64,000 nt of DNA from Moniliella sp. 'wahieum' (lineage: Eukaryota), in the NCBI GenBank assembly GCA_003971905.1, contig RSEE01000100.1, forward strand, positions 1 through 64,000, written 5' to 3'. Of the stretch, positions 36,432 to 49,222 are shown piece by piece. Both the position numbers and the translations under genes were made by a program. A model generated the notes under the pieces. The model was not told where the DNA came from. It saw only the letters and a program-made list of their open reading frames with translations, and did not search any database. Every line of letters starts with the position of its first letter. Positions within the stretch are counted from its first letter, which is position 1.

Positions 36432-39400
36432 TTAGCTTGGGCTTTGGCATAGGCATAGGCATTTGCTCCTTCTCGTAGCGGCCCATCCCGGATCCGAGCT
36501 CAGATCACGGCCAGAGGGAGACGATCCGGATTGGCTCAAGGGGTTGGCGGGTCGCGCTGCGCAATCTTGGTGCCATGCGTGTCTTCCTCCACTGGGGAGA
36601 CGACGCGGTCGGCCTCGTTGGGCGACTAGGCTGGAGGAACAGGACAGGAACAGGAACAGGACCGGCGTCCACAACTGCAGTAGCGGTGGCAGTAGCAGTA
36701 GGGTCCCCATCCATCGTCTCGGTAAGTTCAGAGGGACGCGCAGGGGTTCCGGCCTCGACGGCATCCTCCGCATCCTCCGCATCTTCCGCATCAGGCGCCA
36801 TTGTTCCCCCCTCCCGAGCGAGGGTGGGCGAGGGCGAGTCAAACATGGCAGCAACAGTGACGTCGTCATCAGCAGGGGACGAGGGGTATCGAGCTGACCA
36901 ATTTGCGCCGTCTCGGGTGGGATCGGGGGGAAGCGACAACACCAACATGCGGGTCTGGGATTTGCTCCGGCGACCGGTCTGGCTCGGGTTCTGGCTCGGC
37001 GGTCGTCAGCCCCGCCTCGGCCAGCTCAGACGCGGCGCCGTCAGGTTCGCATGTGGGGGCTGGAGCGGAGGGGTGTGGCGAGGCAGCGAGGGGGGACGTG
37101 GGATCGTCTCCGGTGGAGGACAGGGGCGCAGTGACAGATACCCGTTCCAGCGTGCTGTCGACGGGCTCTGTCAACTTGCCCTCCTGGCCCTCCATCTGGG
37201 ACTCAGTAGGAGCCTGGCCATCCTTCACCGCTTGGACAGCCATGGGTTCATTGCCCTGGGGCTCGTCGGCCTTGGTTTCCTCAGCCGTGATTTCCTCGGC
37301 CTTGGTCTCCTCGGCCTTGGTTTCCTCGGTCTTGGCTTCGTCGAGCTCGGTTTCGTCAACAACGTCGGTTTTGTAAACCTCGGGTTCCTCATCCTTGGCT
37401 CCCTCAACATCGGCTCCATCAGCCTCGGCTGTCTCGACCTTGGCTTCGTCAACCTTGACTTCCTCAATCTTGGCTTCCTCGACCTCGGCTTCCTCGACCT
37501 CGGCTTCCTCGACCTCGGCTTCCTCGACCTCGGCTTCCTCAGCCTCGGCTTTCACATCGACCTTGGTTCCCTCAACCTCGGCTTCCTCAGCATTGGCTTT
37601 CTCGACCTTGACTTCCTCAACGTTGATTTCGCCAACCTTGACTTCGTCAAGCGTAGTTTCGCTCGCTTGGGCTGGGGGAACACTGGTTTGGCCCACTTTG
37701 GTTTTGGCGGCATTGCCTTCCTCAATTTTGGCTTGCTCAGCTTCGTTGTGGGACTTGGCCTCATCTACTTCAACGTCTTCAACTGCAGCATCTTTGGTCT
37801 CCGGTTCGACTTTGGCCTCGTCCGCCTGGGTTCCGACACTTGGCTTCGTGCCTGGGTTCCGACCACCTTGGCTTCGTCCGCCTGGCTTCTCCGCTTGGCT
37901 TCGTCGCCTTGGCGTCCGCCTTGGCTTCGTCCGCCTTGGCTTCGTCCGCCTTGGCTTCGTCCGCCTTGGCTTCGTCCGCCTTGGCTTCGTCCGCCTTGGC
38001 TTCGTCCGCCTTGGCTTCGTCCGCTTGGCTTCGTCCGCGGCTTCGTCCGCCTTGCTTCGTCCGCCTTGGCTTCGTCCGCTTGGCTTCGTCCGCCTTGGCT
38101 TCGTCCGCCTTGGCTTCGTCCGCCTTAGCTTCGACCACCTTGGTCTGGTCTACCATTGGTTGTTCACCCGCCCTTGGGACCATGACTTGCTGCGCCTTAT
38201 GCTCGTTCCCGCTTGGCTCGGGGTGGGTCGAACCCTTTTCTGGGACGGCCGGCACACCGGGTCGTCGTGCCGCTCGTTTCTTAGCAGCTTCCGCCAAACG
38301 CTGCGCGAGCGACATGCGTGGTTTCTTCTCCTGTGGCTGTACATGTGGGTGGTGGGCTGTGGCTGTGGCTGTGCGTGTGCGTGTGCCTGCGCCGGGGCGG
38401 GAGGCTCGGGTGCAGGGGCTGGTGGTACGGGACGAGAAGGGAGGAGAGGCGCGGGCCGCTGCGTCGCGTCCGAAGTAAGTGTAGCGTCCGTAGGTGGGGG
38501 CTCAGCTACGGCTCGCTTACCTTCCCCCTGTGGTGGCGGGAGGGCACCAGGGTGGTCCGGTGCGACAGGGAGAGACGAAGCAGCGGTTAGAGGGGCGTCC
38601 TTGGTGCCATCCATTGGGTCCGCCCTCTTCTCGCCCGCAATCGCTTCCGCTTCATCCGGAGCAACAGCTGGACCGTCCGTTCGATCGGGCACCGCATTAG
38701 TTGTGGCGGATGCGGATGGGGCGGGGGGGTAGAGCGCGTAGTGTGCGGTTCGACCTTTTCGGTCTCTCGCGCCTCCAGGGCGCGAGTCACGCCCACTCCA
38801 GCGGAAACCGTGTAGGCCACGCTGGTCAGCCCCGACTGGGCCGAGGCAAACCAGCTCCGCAACGGCGCCTCAACCACTTGCCCAGGCTGGGTGTGGGGGG
38901 GTGAGGGAGAGGAGGGGACGAGGGCGGAGGAGAACGTAATTGTCCACTGGGAAGGGGGGGACTCTTATCCTTGGCTGGTATGCCATTTTGGCCTCGGGGG
39001 CAAGTGGAGGTCGTCGGGCACGGCTTGGACCGCGTCCGCGGCTTGAGCCTCGGGTTCCGATTGCGGTTGGAGTTGAGATTGGGAGTGGGATTGGGATTGA
39101 GATTGGGAGTGGGATTGGGAGTGGGATTGGGATTGGGATGGGATTGGGATTGGGATGGAGATTGGGATTGAGACTGGGATTGGGGTAGGGGTGGGAGTGG
39201 GGGTTGAGGATGGGCGTCGTCTGGGCCCGGATCTGGGCTTCATCCTGAGCACGAGCTTCGGCAGCTTGAGCGTCGGCGCGGGCTTGGGCCTCCGCTTGAG
39301 CTTGAGCTTGAGCGTGAGCATGGGCTTGGGCTTGGGCGGCTGCTTCTGCTTCCTCCTGCGCGAGCCAGCACCTTCTTTTCTTGGATCCAAGTGGAGGTTT

Positions 39401-42400
39401 GCTGTGGATGGGTCAGTCAGTAGATCTGTCACGGCCAAGACCAAGGGCAAAGGAAAGAAAGAAACAGAAACAGAAAAAGGAAAAGGGAAAGGGAAGCAAA
39501 CACGCACGGTAGGATCAAATGGATCGCCTTTGAGCTGGGCCATTCGGCCTACAAGGTAAGCCACCTCCAACTCGATCTGCGCAAGTACTCGGCCGGCACG
39601 AGAGACGCATACACCGCGCGCAGCTTCTCGACAAACCGCAGATCGATCAGGAGGTACACTTCCGTCATGATACCGCCAGCTGTGGCGGGAGGCAAGTAGC
39701 GCCACAGCACCTTGCTTAACAAACTCGTTTCCCGACACAGATCCAGCATGTAGCTGCCTACCCGCCCGTTGCCGGGGAGGGAGAGAGAGTACATGCACCG
39801 CCACACGGTCGCCCATGATGGATACCAGCTTGGCATGCACTTCGCGCTGGTGCTCGGTGAAGTCGTTGCGGACTTGGTCCATTCGTGTTGGATGGCAATC
39901 GGGGTGGCGGAAGGCGGTGCAGGTGCGTGCGGCAGCGCCGGCACGGCCCGGGCTAGGTGCCGCGTACAAATCTGTTCCAAGCCCGGGAGGAGGCATAGGA
40001 CGACATGGAGCGACTGCGAGGCCAGAGCAAGGTGCTTGGCTGTGATGTTCTTGAGTCCGGCCGAGCGCATCGCACCAGCGCCCAACACCACCTGGCACAC
40101 GCGCGAGTTGAACGCCTTGAGAAAGGAAAGCAGACGCGACATGCCCTCGGCTGCCAAATGGGGCAGGGCAAGAAGGAAACGTAAGTACTCGCCTAGCAGA
40201 GTGAGCATTTCCACCGAAGCGCCAGTGAGGTACGCATGGCTCTGTCCCTCGCCGAGAAAGAGCGTCTTGTGGCTTCCTTCTTCGGCAGGAGCTGGCTGGG
40301 AGAAGAAGAGGTGAGGTTGCTGGCTGAGCAACGCATCGACAGCACGCTGTGTGGTGACAGGCACCGCACAAGCGTCCCACCGCTCTTCCTCCACCGCCTT
40401 GGCGCATCGGGACATGGCCTGGGCATGGAACGCGTGCAGGAACCCACGAGCCTGGGCGGCCAACGTGCGCCGGAGGCTGGTAGCACCACGCGCGCCGCCA
40501 GCTCCGACCGCAGCACGAACGACCACGTGAGCTGGAAGACCTGCATAAACTCACAGATGGGCAAGTGGGCATGAACTGGGCCCCGCAGCGCCAACAGACG
40601 CGCCAGACAGGTATGACTCCGGCTTGTAGCCGTCCTGAGCAGGCCACTGAGGACAAAGGGTAGACTGGGACCCACTCCGCGCGGGCGCGCAAGTGCCGTG
40701 CCGGGATCCAGTCCCAACGCCTGGCCCACCCGCTCGTCCAGCGGGGGAGGCCGCACATCGCCAATCTGCGCTTGGGCCAGGTCATTGAGCACAACCAGAA
40801 CCGTGCGCGACTGAAGGCGAATGCCAGCGAGCCAGGCCATGAGACCTTCGAGGTAGCCATGGAGAAGCGGTAGGAACGTGCTCAACTCGGTCTTTTGCGC
40901 CCAGAGAAGCGATGTCTCGGGCGGCTCGAGCAGCGGAAGACTCTCGTCCCCTCCGGTGGGCGCGCCGGCAAACTAACCCAGGGGGCGAGACTGCCAGGCA
41001 CACCGCGCAGACGTCGTCGGGTGATGGTCCGAAGCGCATCGAGCAGCACCACTTCGTAAGATTGCAGCGCACGTTCCACCCCGCCAAGTTGAACGAGCCC
41101 CTGCAAGATGGGCAGCAGCTGGGCGCGAAGTGCGACTGTGCCATCGGGGTCGTCGGCGGATGAGGGTGGGAGCACCGTTTTCATCTTCTTTTTCCCCCCC
41201 TCCTCCTCCTCCCCGCGTGGTTTGGAGAGCTCGTGCTCTACATACGCACGGAGCCGTGCACGCACCTCGGCACCCTCGTCCTCGGGTTCAGGTGAGGAAC
41301 GCTCGTTGGGGGAGAAGAGGGATTGTTCCCCATTCACACGCAACTGTTCGGCTGCGATGCTGAGAGAGCGATTGAGGGAACGATGTCGTTTGTTCCTCCT
41401 GGCACGCGCTTCGCCCGCTTCGGTCGGACTAGCAACATGGCCCCATCCTAGCTCGAGTTCTTGGGTCGGCGTCGAGGGTGCCGGGTCGGAGGGAATGTCA
41501 GGTGCCAACGATGGCTGGGGGGAAGGAATGAACAGCGCTTCGTCTTTGGTCACTCGCATGATCAAGTCAGCGCGCAGCACGTTCATCAGTTTGCGCTCCA
41601 ATGTGCCAATGAGCACGGGGAAGAGCGCGGCGACGCTTTCGGCCGCCGCAAGCACTTCGCCTGCCGGGACAGAGGAAAACGTAGCCAACTCCATCTCCCC
41701 TGCGTGGGAGGAGGCGCAAGCCCACCCAAGCGCGCCTGAACCAGCATGGTGAGAGATTGGATCATGTTCAGGCCTTGCTCGGATCGGCTGCGAGGCCAAG
41801 AGGGTGATCCGATCCACCACCTGGGCCAGCTTGCGGGTCGCCAGAAGCCGGTCCAAATCCTGCTGGAGACGACGGCGATGCGCCTGGCGCACAACCAACT
41901 GCGCTCCCAGCGACGGAACCCCCTCGCCCCGAGAGTCCGGCGGCGAGAGAGCGAGTGAGAATGGCAGCTCGTTGCGCTCCTTTGGCCGCGGCCGACTGCA
42001 GTGCCCTCGCCTGGCCTAGGGCGGCAAAGAAGTCTTGCGCCCGGTCGTCGACAGCAACTTGAAGGTGCTGATCGATCACAGAGGCATAATACGCCAGCTG
42101 CTCCTCTCGTAATGCAGCGGCAGGGATCAGTTCCTCGCCGTCGCCCGGAAAGAGGGCGAGGAAGGTGTGCGGATCCGAAAGGGCAAACCGACTGTCAAAG
42201 AAGAAACTCGGCACCCGCTCCAGGGGCGGCGGCGGCGGGCGGGGCGTAGACTGACGAGTAGACAGACGAGCCAGGAGAGCACAGTGGTCGGCGTGCCGCT
42301 GCAGAAGTGGCTTGTGCGTCTCGTCCTCCTCTTGGCCCAGCTCGGGCGGGGCGGCAGAAAAAGGGTTGCCGGGCGGGGTCAAATGGAGCTGGCCGCGGGC

Positions 42401-42849
42401 GCCCTGGGCTTGGGATGTGCGCCAGGGCTCCCATTCGGCACGAGCGACTGGGCGTAGAGGCGAGGGGGTGGGTGGCGGCGGGGCAAAGAAGCTGGGCAGC
42501 GGCTCCTCCTGGGCGGGGGGGGGGGGCGGGCGAGGGAGAGGACGTCGGTGGAGGCGGAGAAGGCGGGGCGGAGGCGGAAGGAGGAGAGGGTGTTTTGGCT
42601 GCGCGAGCGGCGGTGGAGGTGGTGGGCCTTGACGGCGGCGAGGGCGCCTGGAGCGGTGGTGGTGGTACTGGTCCTTGGGGCCAGAGACGGGCGGGCGGGG
42701 CGAGCGGGAGGGCGTCGGGGGGGGCGGGGGGCGCTGCGCGGGAAGAGGGGCGGGTAGCGGGAGGAGGTGGGGTCGATGGGGCGGGCGCGGCGGGTGGGGT
42801 GGCTGACGACGGTCGACAGCCCGGCAAAGCCACGGCCGTCGGAGGCCAT
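36432..42849 (-). CDS. VPS54: GARP complex subunit Vps54 with a long low-complexity C-terminal extension; frameshifted
   Basis: MASDGRGFAGLSTVVSHP start, VPSFFFDSRFALSDPHTF, AQDFFAALGQ, AVEEERWD, and the Vps54 signature FNSRVCQVVLGAGAMRSAGLKNITAKHLALASQSL, then HQREVHAKLVSIMGDR. Intron GTGCGT..CTGAC..CAG near 39507-39402. 3' end approximate. Confidence 0.85.
37230..38130 (-). repeat. 15-bp coding repeats (EAKAD / EAEVE / ETKAE pentapeptides)
   Basis: (ttggcttcgtccgcc)n at about 37860-38130 and (ctcggcttcctcgac)n at about 37470-37545. Confidence 0.9.
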
Positions 42850-43906
42850 CCTGGGTGGTTGCAGCAGCCAGCACGGCGGGGGGGAAGCGCAACCTGCGCG
42901 CCTTGGCATGGCCACTGCATGCTGCCCGCCCTGCATTGCCCGTGCAGCCCCCTGCAGCTGCCCCTGCAGCTGCCCCTGCAGCTGCCTCCTGCAGCTGCCC
43001 CCTGCATGCACAACCCCTGCAGCATGCTGCAGCATGCCCCCTGCCCCCTGCCACGTTGCTGCCCGCGCCGATTTCACATTTCAGCCACCCCGCCCACCCG
43101 CCGCCGCCTCCACGTCACCACATCACCAAACGCGTCGCCTCTCCTCGCCTCTACACGCGACGCACACGAGAACCACACCCACCTTTTCGAATCTAAACCG
43201 TGGCTTCTCTTCATGTTCAACCTGGTGTGGCGAGAGCCTTGAGAGCCACCGTCGCATGGTGTTGTGTGTAAGAACGCACCATGACATCCAATCATCAACC
43301 AACAGACACGCTCCAGCCAAGCGGGTACGCTCATCACAACAACATACCTTTCGTACACGGCGTTGATTCCATGTATAGGCTGAGTAGGAGTAGGCCGAGT
43401 AGCTGCCCAGCCAAGAGGCTAGCGCTTGCACCGTGCCAGGCTGAGCTTGCGTAATGTAGCCTTCTTCCCACTCGGTGGTCCACGTCATGCATCATCCATC
43501 AAGCATCATGCATCTTGGCCTCGGCCCCACTGGTCTTCGAACATAGCAATGTGGTCCTCGGACTTGAAACATTCAATGGTGCCGCACGACACATGGTTCA
43601 CTCGAGAAAGAAACCACGCTCGATAAGGCATCGCAGCGGATTGCTGGCGGCAGTGCCATCACCGGCGGCCACGCCAAGGACAATCACCATCCCACCACCA
43701 CCACCGCCCAACACTGCCGCCACCATCCCCAGCACGGTGCGATCCTCATTCGTATCGTCTCGACGTTCCTGCCGCACCGGATGGACCCCAATGCATGTGG
43801 TGGCCGAGGGGACGCATACGGGTCTGCGAGCGGCGGTGTGCGTGGCACACGCACTGCCGCTCACGCTGCTCCCTCTCAGCCTGCTCACACGCTGGCTCTC
43901 CATCGC

Positions 43907-45587
43907 ATGGACACTAGCTACGTTGGCGCTAGCCTGTCTGCCCTACCCTGCAACCGCTGCTCCCATCCATGCCCCCATCGCCCACTGGCTTTGGCCTGCC
44001 TACGCGTGCCGCCTTATCGGGCTGGTGTGGTTCGGCAAGTTTTGTGGTTTGGCTCTTTGCCCAGACCCCCAGATCATCACCAATTACCGCCGCAAGAGCG
44101 TAGATGGTCTTTCTGGTGTATTCGTGGCGCAATGGATGGTGGGTGATGTGCTGAACTTGTGCGTGCGTTCTTTATCTACTTTTTTCTGTCGGTTGGACTA
44201 ACCTAATCCGGACGCCGGGACCAGGATCGGCTCGCTGCTTACGCACCAACTGCCATTCCAAATCGCAGTGGCTACCTACTTTGCAGCATTGATCTTTGCA
44301 TTTTGGCTCAATTTATCTATTACACCAAGATCTATCCACGCCCTCGGGTCGCTGCTGCCCTCCCTCCCCTGCTGGAGACTGGACGATACGGCCGACGCAG
44401 AAGGCCTCGCCTAAGCGACAATGGGTATGGCGCACTGGGCAAGTCTCGCTCTAGCCAGACGCGTTCGCTGCACCCAAGTGCCGGTCCGGCACCCTTCTTT
44501 TCGAACAGGACCAAGTGCAGTCGCCTGTCGAACAAGCACCCACGATGCAAGAACGGAGCCCACGACGTGGAGGCGACGCCTGTCGATGACCCGACTGGTC
44601 GTCCCCAACTGGCATTCGCACTCTTCGCTGGATGATGGGTCACACGCGGCACACCGAGTCGGACGAGTGGAGCGAGGAGGAGGAGGAGGAGAGCGAGAAG
44701 GAGAGGGGGAGGGGGAGGAAGCCGGTCGGGGCCGCAGGATGACTCGAACGGCGACCATTGTTGCCTCTCACCATGAGCGACTGTCAGGCCAGGATTCTTC
44801 CCGGCCTAGTCCAGGGTCAGGACGATCTCAATCTGCCTCGGCCTCACCTTCTTCTTGGGGAAACCAACTCATGGCACAGAGCCAAACCTTGCCCCCACCC
44901 CAAAGCAAGGGCCCGATGCCGCGCCCAGGTCGTCCTCTGCTCTTCCTGGCCCCGTCCGGTGAGAGAAGGCACGTTGACGCGAGAGGAGTACGGGCGTTCG
45001 CGACGAAGGAAGTTATCCCGACCTTCAGGTCCTTCTATCGTTTTGCTCGCAGTGGGGATTCTCTTTACTGTCCGTTCCTGGCCCGCAGACGCTAGCGGCT
45101 CCCCCGCCACTTCGGCCATCTTGCTGGCACAGCCGCCTCGCCCATCGCCTCGCAAGCAGGTATGCCCGGACGCGTGGCACCTCGTCGCTGCCTGTGCACA
45201 TACAGGATGAAACGCTGGAGCGGTGGTGGGACGCATCTCGGCCTGGTTCTGCACGCTGTTGTACATGACGAGCCGGTTGCCTCAGATCTGGGTCAACTTG
45301 ACGCGTCGGTCAGTGGAGGATTGAGCATTATGCTCTTCTTTTCGGCATTTTTAGGAAACAGCCTCTACTCAGCCTCGGTACTTGTTAACCCCGCTGCGTC
45401 CGGACCGAACCGGCGTGCCTACCTGCTCGAGTCACTGCCGTTCCTACTGGGTTCGGGCGGGACACTGATCTTTGACATGATCATCGTCGCTCAGTGGATT
45501 GCTTGGCGAGGTAACCAGCCCCATCCTATTGCCTACGTGCAAAAGGCCGCATCGCGACGTGCGTCAGAATCTCGTCGGATCAGCTAG
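43907..45587 (+). CDS. PQ-loop vacuolar cationic amino acid transporter (Ypq1/2/3, PQLC2 family); frameshifted
   Basis: PQIITNYRRKSVDGLSGVFVAQWMVGDVLNL, intron 44159-44224, IGSLLTHQLPFQIAVATYF; second loop SRLPQIWVNLTRRSV.GLSIMLFFSAFLGNSLY; LPFLLGSGGTLIFDMIIVAQW. May extend to about 45960. Confidence 0.88.
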
Positions 45588-46761
45588 CACGCCCCTACTC
45601 GCCACTGCCAGCACTTCGCGTCCGCCCCGTTCCCCCTCGGACGCTGAGCACCGATACGCACGTCACAGGTCCCGCTCTATGCGCCGTAGCGCCAGTCGCC
45701 GCAGCTCGGTCCCTCGCTCCTCCTCTCGTCCGCCCTTGCCTTTCCCCTCGGCCACCAGTTCGAGTTCGGCGCGGGAAACCCTCCGCGTCAGCACGCACCG
45801 CTTGGGACGTACCCCCTCTTGTTCCGGACGAGCCATTGGCTTGACCACACGCGCACCCATCTTCCTGCCCTTTCTTTCGCTTCCCTCCGGTTGGCAAGGG
45901 GGGGAATCATTAATCAGTCAGCATACCTTTCCACGGCGCTGTTGTAGCCACCGTAGTTAGCACATGGTCCGGGAGACAGTGGAGGTGGGTTGGTCTGACA
46001 AGAAGTAGATGGCATTTGTCACAGGATTGCTTCGGCAGATCCACGAACTAATACTCCCTCCATACTATACCCCTACAGCGGCGTCCGACAGCTACGCGAC
46101 CAACGTCGGCGACAACGACGAACTGGCAGAGAGGCGGGCGGGCGTGGCGGGTTGCGGCGTAGCTGCCGAACATACCTTACTTCGTTTTTCCGCTGTGGAA
46201 CCGTGGCCGGCGGCGGGGGCTACCGGGATGCTGGGGCCAGCACCTGATAACGTGCAACTGCGTCATGGAGCACACTGGCGCACGTGACCAACTCAGGCTA
46301 GCTTGCAGCTTCAAACTTGAAACGTGAATGTTGAACGTTGCAATTGCAGCTCGGTCTCTTACTAACGCAAGGATAATGCAGCAGCACGCAGCATGCAGGG
46401 CCGCACGCAGATGCTGAGTGGAGATGACGTCAACGCACCCGCCTCGGCTACGCCGACCCACACCGACGCCATGCCCCCCATGCGCGGACGTAGCGGGGCG
46501 AGCCTGGCACACTAATCGACACTGCGCTGCTGCCCTCCTCTGTCGTCCGTGCACGACGGCAACAGCAACCTGCGGCAGCCCGGTGCTGCCCGGTGATTAA
46601 TGATTTCAGCGCTTTCAGCGGCCACCTGGCCAGCATCCTTCAACTTCAGTTGAAGCTTCAGCTGAAGCCCTCGCCTTGCCTTCTCTTCTCCCTTGCCTTC
46701 CCCTCGCCTGCCTGCCTTCCTACCACCACTGCCTCCCTGTGCTCCTAGCCCCGCTCCCACC

Positions 46762-47514
46762 ATGATTGGCACCACCCTTACGCGCACTGCCTTCCGTGCT
46801 GCCCGCACCGCCGTCCCGGCTGGTGTGCGCGCCAAGCACACCCTCCCCGACCTTGACTATGACTTTGGCGCGCTGGAGCCCTTCATCAGTGCCGAGATTA
46901 TGGAGACGCACCACAACAAGCACCACCAGACGTATGTCACCAACCTGAATGTGGCCGAGGAGAAGCTGCACGATGCGGTGGCCAAGAATGACATTGCGGC
47001 GACGATTGCGCTCCAAGGCGCACTCAAGTTCAATGGCGGTGGCCACATTAACCACTCGCTCTTTTGGAAGAACCTGGCGCCGGCAGGCAAGGGCGGTGGA
47101 GAGCTCCCCGAGGGCGGTAAGTTGGCTGCGGCGATCAGCAAGGACTTTGGCTCGCTCGACAAGCTCCAGTCCCAGTTCAATGCCGCGTGGCTGGCATCCA
47201 GGGCTCGGGATGGGGATGGCTGGGATACAACAAGGCCACGGGCGAACTGGAGATCCTCACCACTGCCAACCAGGATCCTCTCTTGACCCACGTGCCGTTG
47301 GTGGGCATTGATGCTTGGGAGCATGCGTACTACCTCCAGTACAAGAACGTCAAGGCCGACTACTTCAAGGCGATCTGGTACGTCTGGAATCGAATCGAAT
47401 CGAATCCCTCTCCCTTGTGCTTATCAATGGGACACCCAAAGGTACTGACACTGGCGGCTTTGCAGGAGCGTTGTGAACTGGAAGGAAGCCGAGGCCCGCC
47501 TTACGTCGGCCTAA
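46762..47514 (+). CDS. SOD2: Mitochondrial manganese superoxide dismutase
   Basis: Arg-rich presequence, [59 protein letters not shown]. Intron 47378-47465, last exon [12 protein letters not shown]. One indel near 47188. Confidence 0.97.
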
Positions 47515-47737
47515 GTATGCATCTTGGCCCAATAGCTTTGGTAGGTGACATGCAAATCTAAGATCTAACCCCCCATGCCTGTTCACGGCTGTATTTTTCT
47601 CGGGATATAATAGTTGTCAACGAACAGGTCTCCTGGGACACGGCAGAACTTGGGTAGGAGTGGTAGACGAGAGGAACATACCGTCGTTTTCTTTGCGAGT
47701 TGTCGTGCAAGACGATTACGGACTAAAAGAAAGAAGA

Positions 47738-47749
47738 TAAAAAAAAAAA
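47738..47749 (-). terminator. Pol III oligo-T terminator of the tRNA gene
   Basis: Run of A on + (T on -) about 17 nt downstream of the tRNA 3' end. Confidence 0.75.
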
Positions 47750-47765
47750 GGACGCCATGTCGGCT

Positions 47766-47846
47766 CGAACGACGCAGGGGTCGAACCTGCAACCTCCTGA
47801 TTACAACCAGTCGTAGTCAGACGCGCTACCATTGCGCCAGCCGTCC
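47766..47846 (-). tRNA. tRNA-Arg(ACG) with a 9-nt intron (47802-47810)
   Basis: GGACGGC/GTCGTTC acceptor stem, GCGC D-stem, TCTGA-CT-ACG-A-[CTGGTTGTA]-A-TCAGG anticodon arm, GCAGG-TTCGACC-CCTGC T-arm. Confidence 0.93.
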
Positions 47847-48040
47847 TTGATATGAGGCAAGGGGGCGGAACAGGTCTGCCCCCCGCAGTCGTCTGGAATG
47901 GGGCGGAATTTCCTGGGGCACCCCACAACTGGCCTCGTCGCCTGATTAGTCTTAGTGGCGCGCGAGGTAGGATGAGCCTATTAGCCGGGCCTGCTAGCCT
48001 CTGGCCTCGGATCTGGCCAGGGTGAGTGTGGGGTGGGTGT

Positions 48041-48092
48041 CCATTCATCCATTCATCCATTCATCCATTCATCCATTCATCCATTCATCCAT
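48041..48092. repeat. (CCATTCAT)n 8-bp microsatellite, about 6 copies
   Basis: Read directly from the sequence, upstream of the MAPR gene. Confidence 0.9.
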
Positions 48093-48176
48093 CATCGTAC
48101 CATCCCCCCACCGCCTGCGCCCCCCCGACGCCCCCCCTTTCCCAGCGCTCTTCTCCCCTCTCACCGTTGGCATACA

Positions 48177-48735
48177 ATGGAGCCGCAGACCAAGCCCACG
48201 CAGTACGTTTCCGCTTCCGCTGCTCCTGCCTGCGCTTGAGGATGTGTGTGGTGCTGACTGGACGTGGGCAGGCCGGCGAAGGAGGACCCCATCTCGGTCG
48301 CCGAGCTGGCCAAGTACAACGGCACCGACGACAGCCTGCCCGTGTATGTGGCGATCAAGGGGGTGGTGTTTGATGTGTCGCCGCGCAGGGAAATGTACGA
48401 GGCAGGCAAGGGCTACAGCGTATTTGCCGGCAAGGACGCCAGCGCCGCGTTGGGCAAGTCGTCCCTCAATCCAGAGGATGCGATTGCAGATTACTCGCAG
48501 CTGACCCCAACCGAACTCAAGGTCCTGGACGACTGGTTTGCCTATTACAGTAAGGTTCGTTGTCTCCCCTCCGTCGTCTTGTCTCTTGTCCGACTGTGGT
48601 TGGACACGCAACAGACGACCAGACTACTGATACTGAGTACTGTACTGACCGGCCGTCGATCGTGATGCTTTCATGCTCCTGCTCCCCCTCTGTCTGTTGC
48701 AGAGGTACAACATTGTCGGCAAAGTCGTGCCTTGA
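48177..48735 (+). CDS. Cytochrome b5-like heme/steroid-binding protein (MAPR/Dap1 family), short form without a TM anchor
   Basis: Three exons (introns 48203-48271 and 48555-48702): ELAKYNGTD...VYVAIKGVVFDVS...YSVFAGKDASAALGK...LDDWFAYYSK|RYNIVGKV*. Confidence 0.92.
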
Positions 48736-49222
48736 ACCAGCTTCGTGGCTCATGTTTTCTCACCTTCGATGCTACCACTCCGTGGAGAGGATGCAGGTGT
48801 TTTGAATGAAGATGTGCTTCATGTTTGCCTTAAAAGTAAATGTGGTTTCCGGGTCTTCACTGGGAGTGGGATTGTCCTCGACACGCGCAACAGGAAGAGT
48901 GTTGGCACTGGTACTGGCACTGGCACTGGAACTGGCACTGACGCATACACTGGCAAGCAGGTGAGCAAGTGAGCTCACCTTTGGTCTTGCCTGTATCCAT
49001 TTACCCGGCTTGGCGATCCTTCTGCTATGATTCCCTTAGGGTTCACGCTCCCTTCCTTATATGACAGTGTGGGTCCATGTTGGGGGCAGACTACTGGTCT
49101 GTGCCAAATGCCTCGCTGGCCTCCTGGTACATATAGCCCCTACAGCTCAAGACAAAGGGAGAAGCGGGGGGGAAATCATATCCCTGTTGGAATTGAATAT
49201 TGACCGAGGCTCATGCCATGCA

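Noticed and set aside
36575..38732. Long plus-strand ORFs (517 and 445 aa), and likewise 49061-50083
   Set aside because: Antisense shadows of repetitive or GC-rich coding sequence on the opposite strand.
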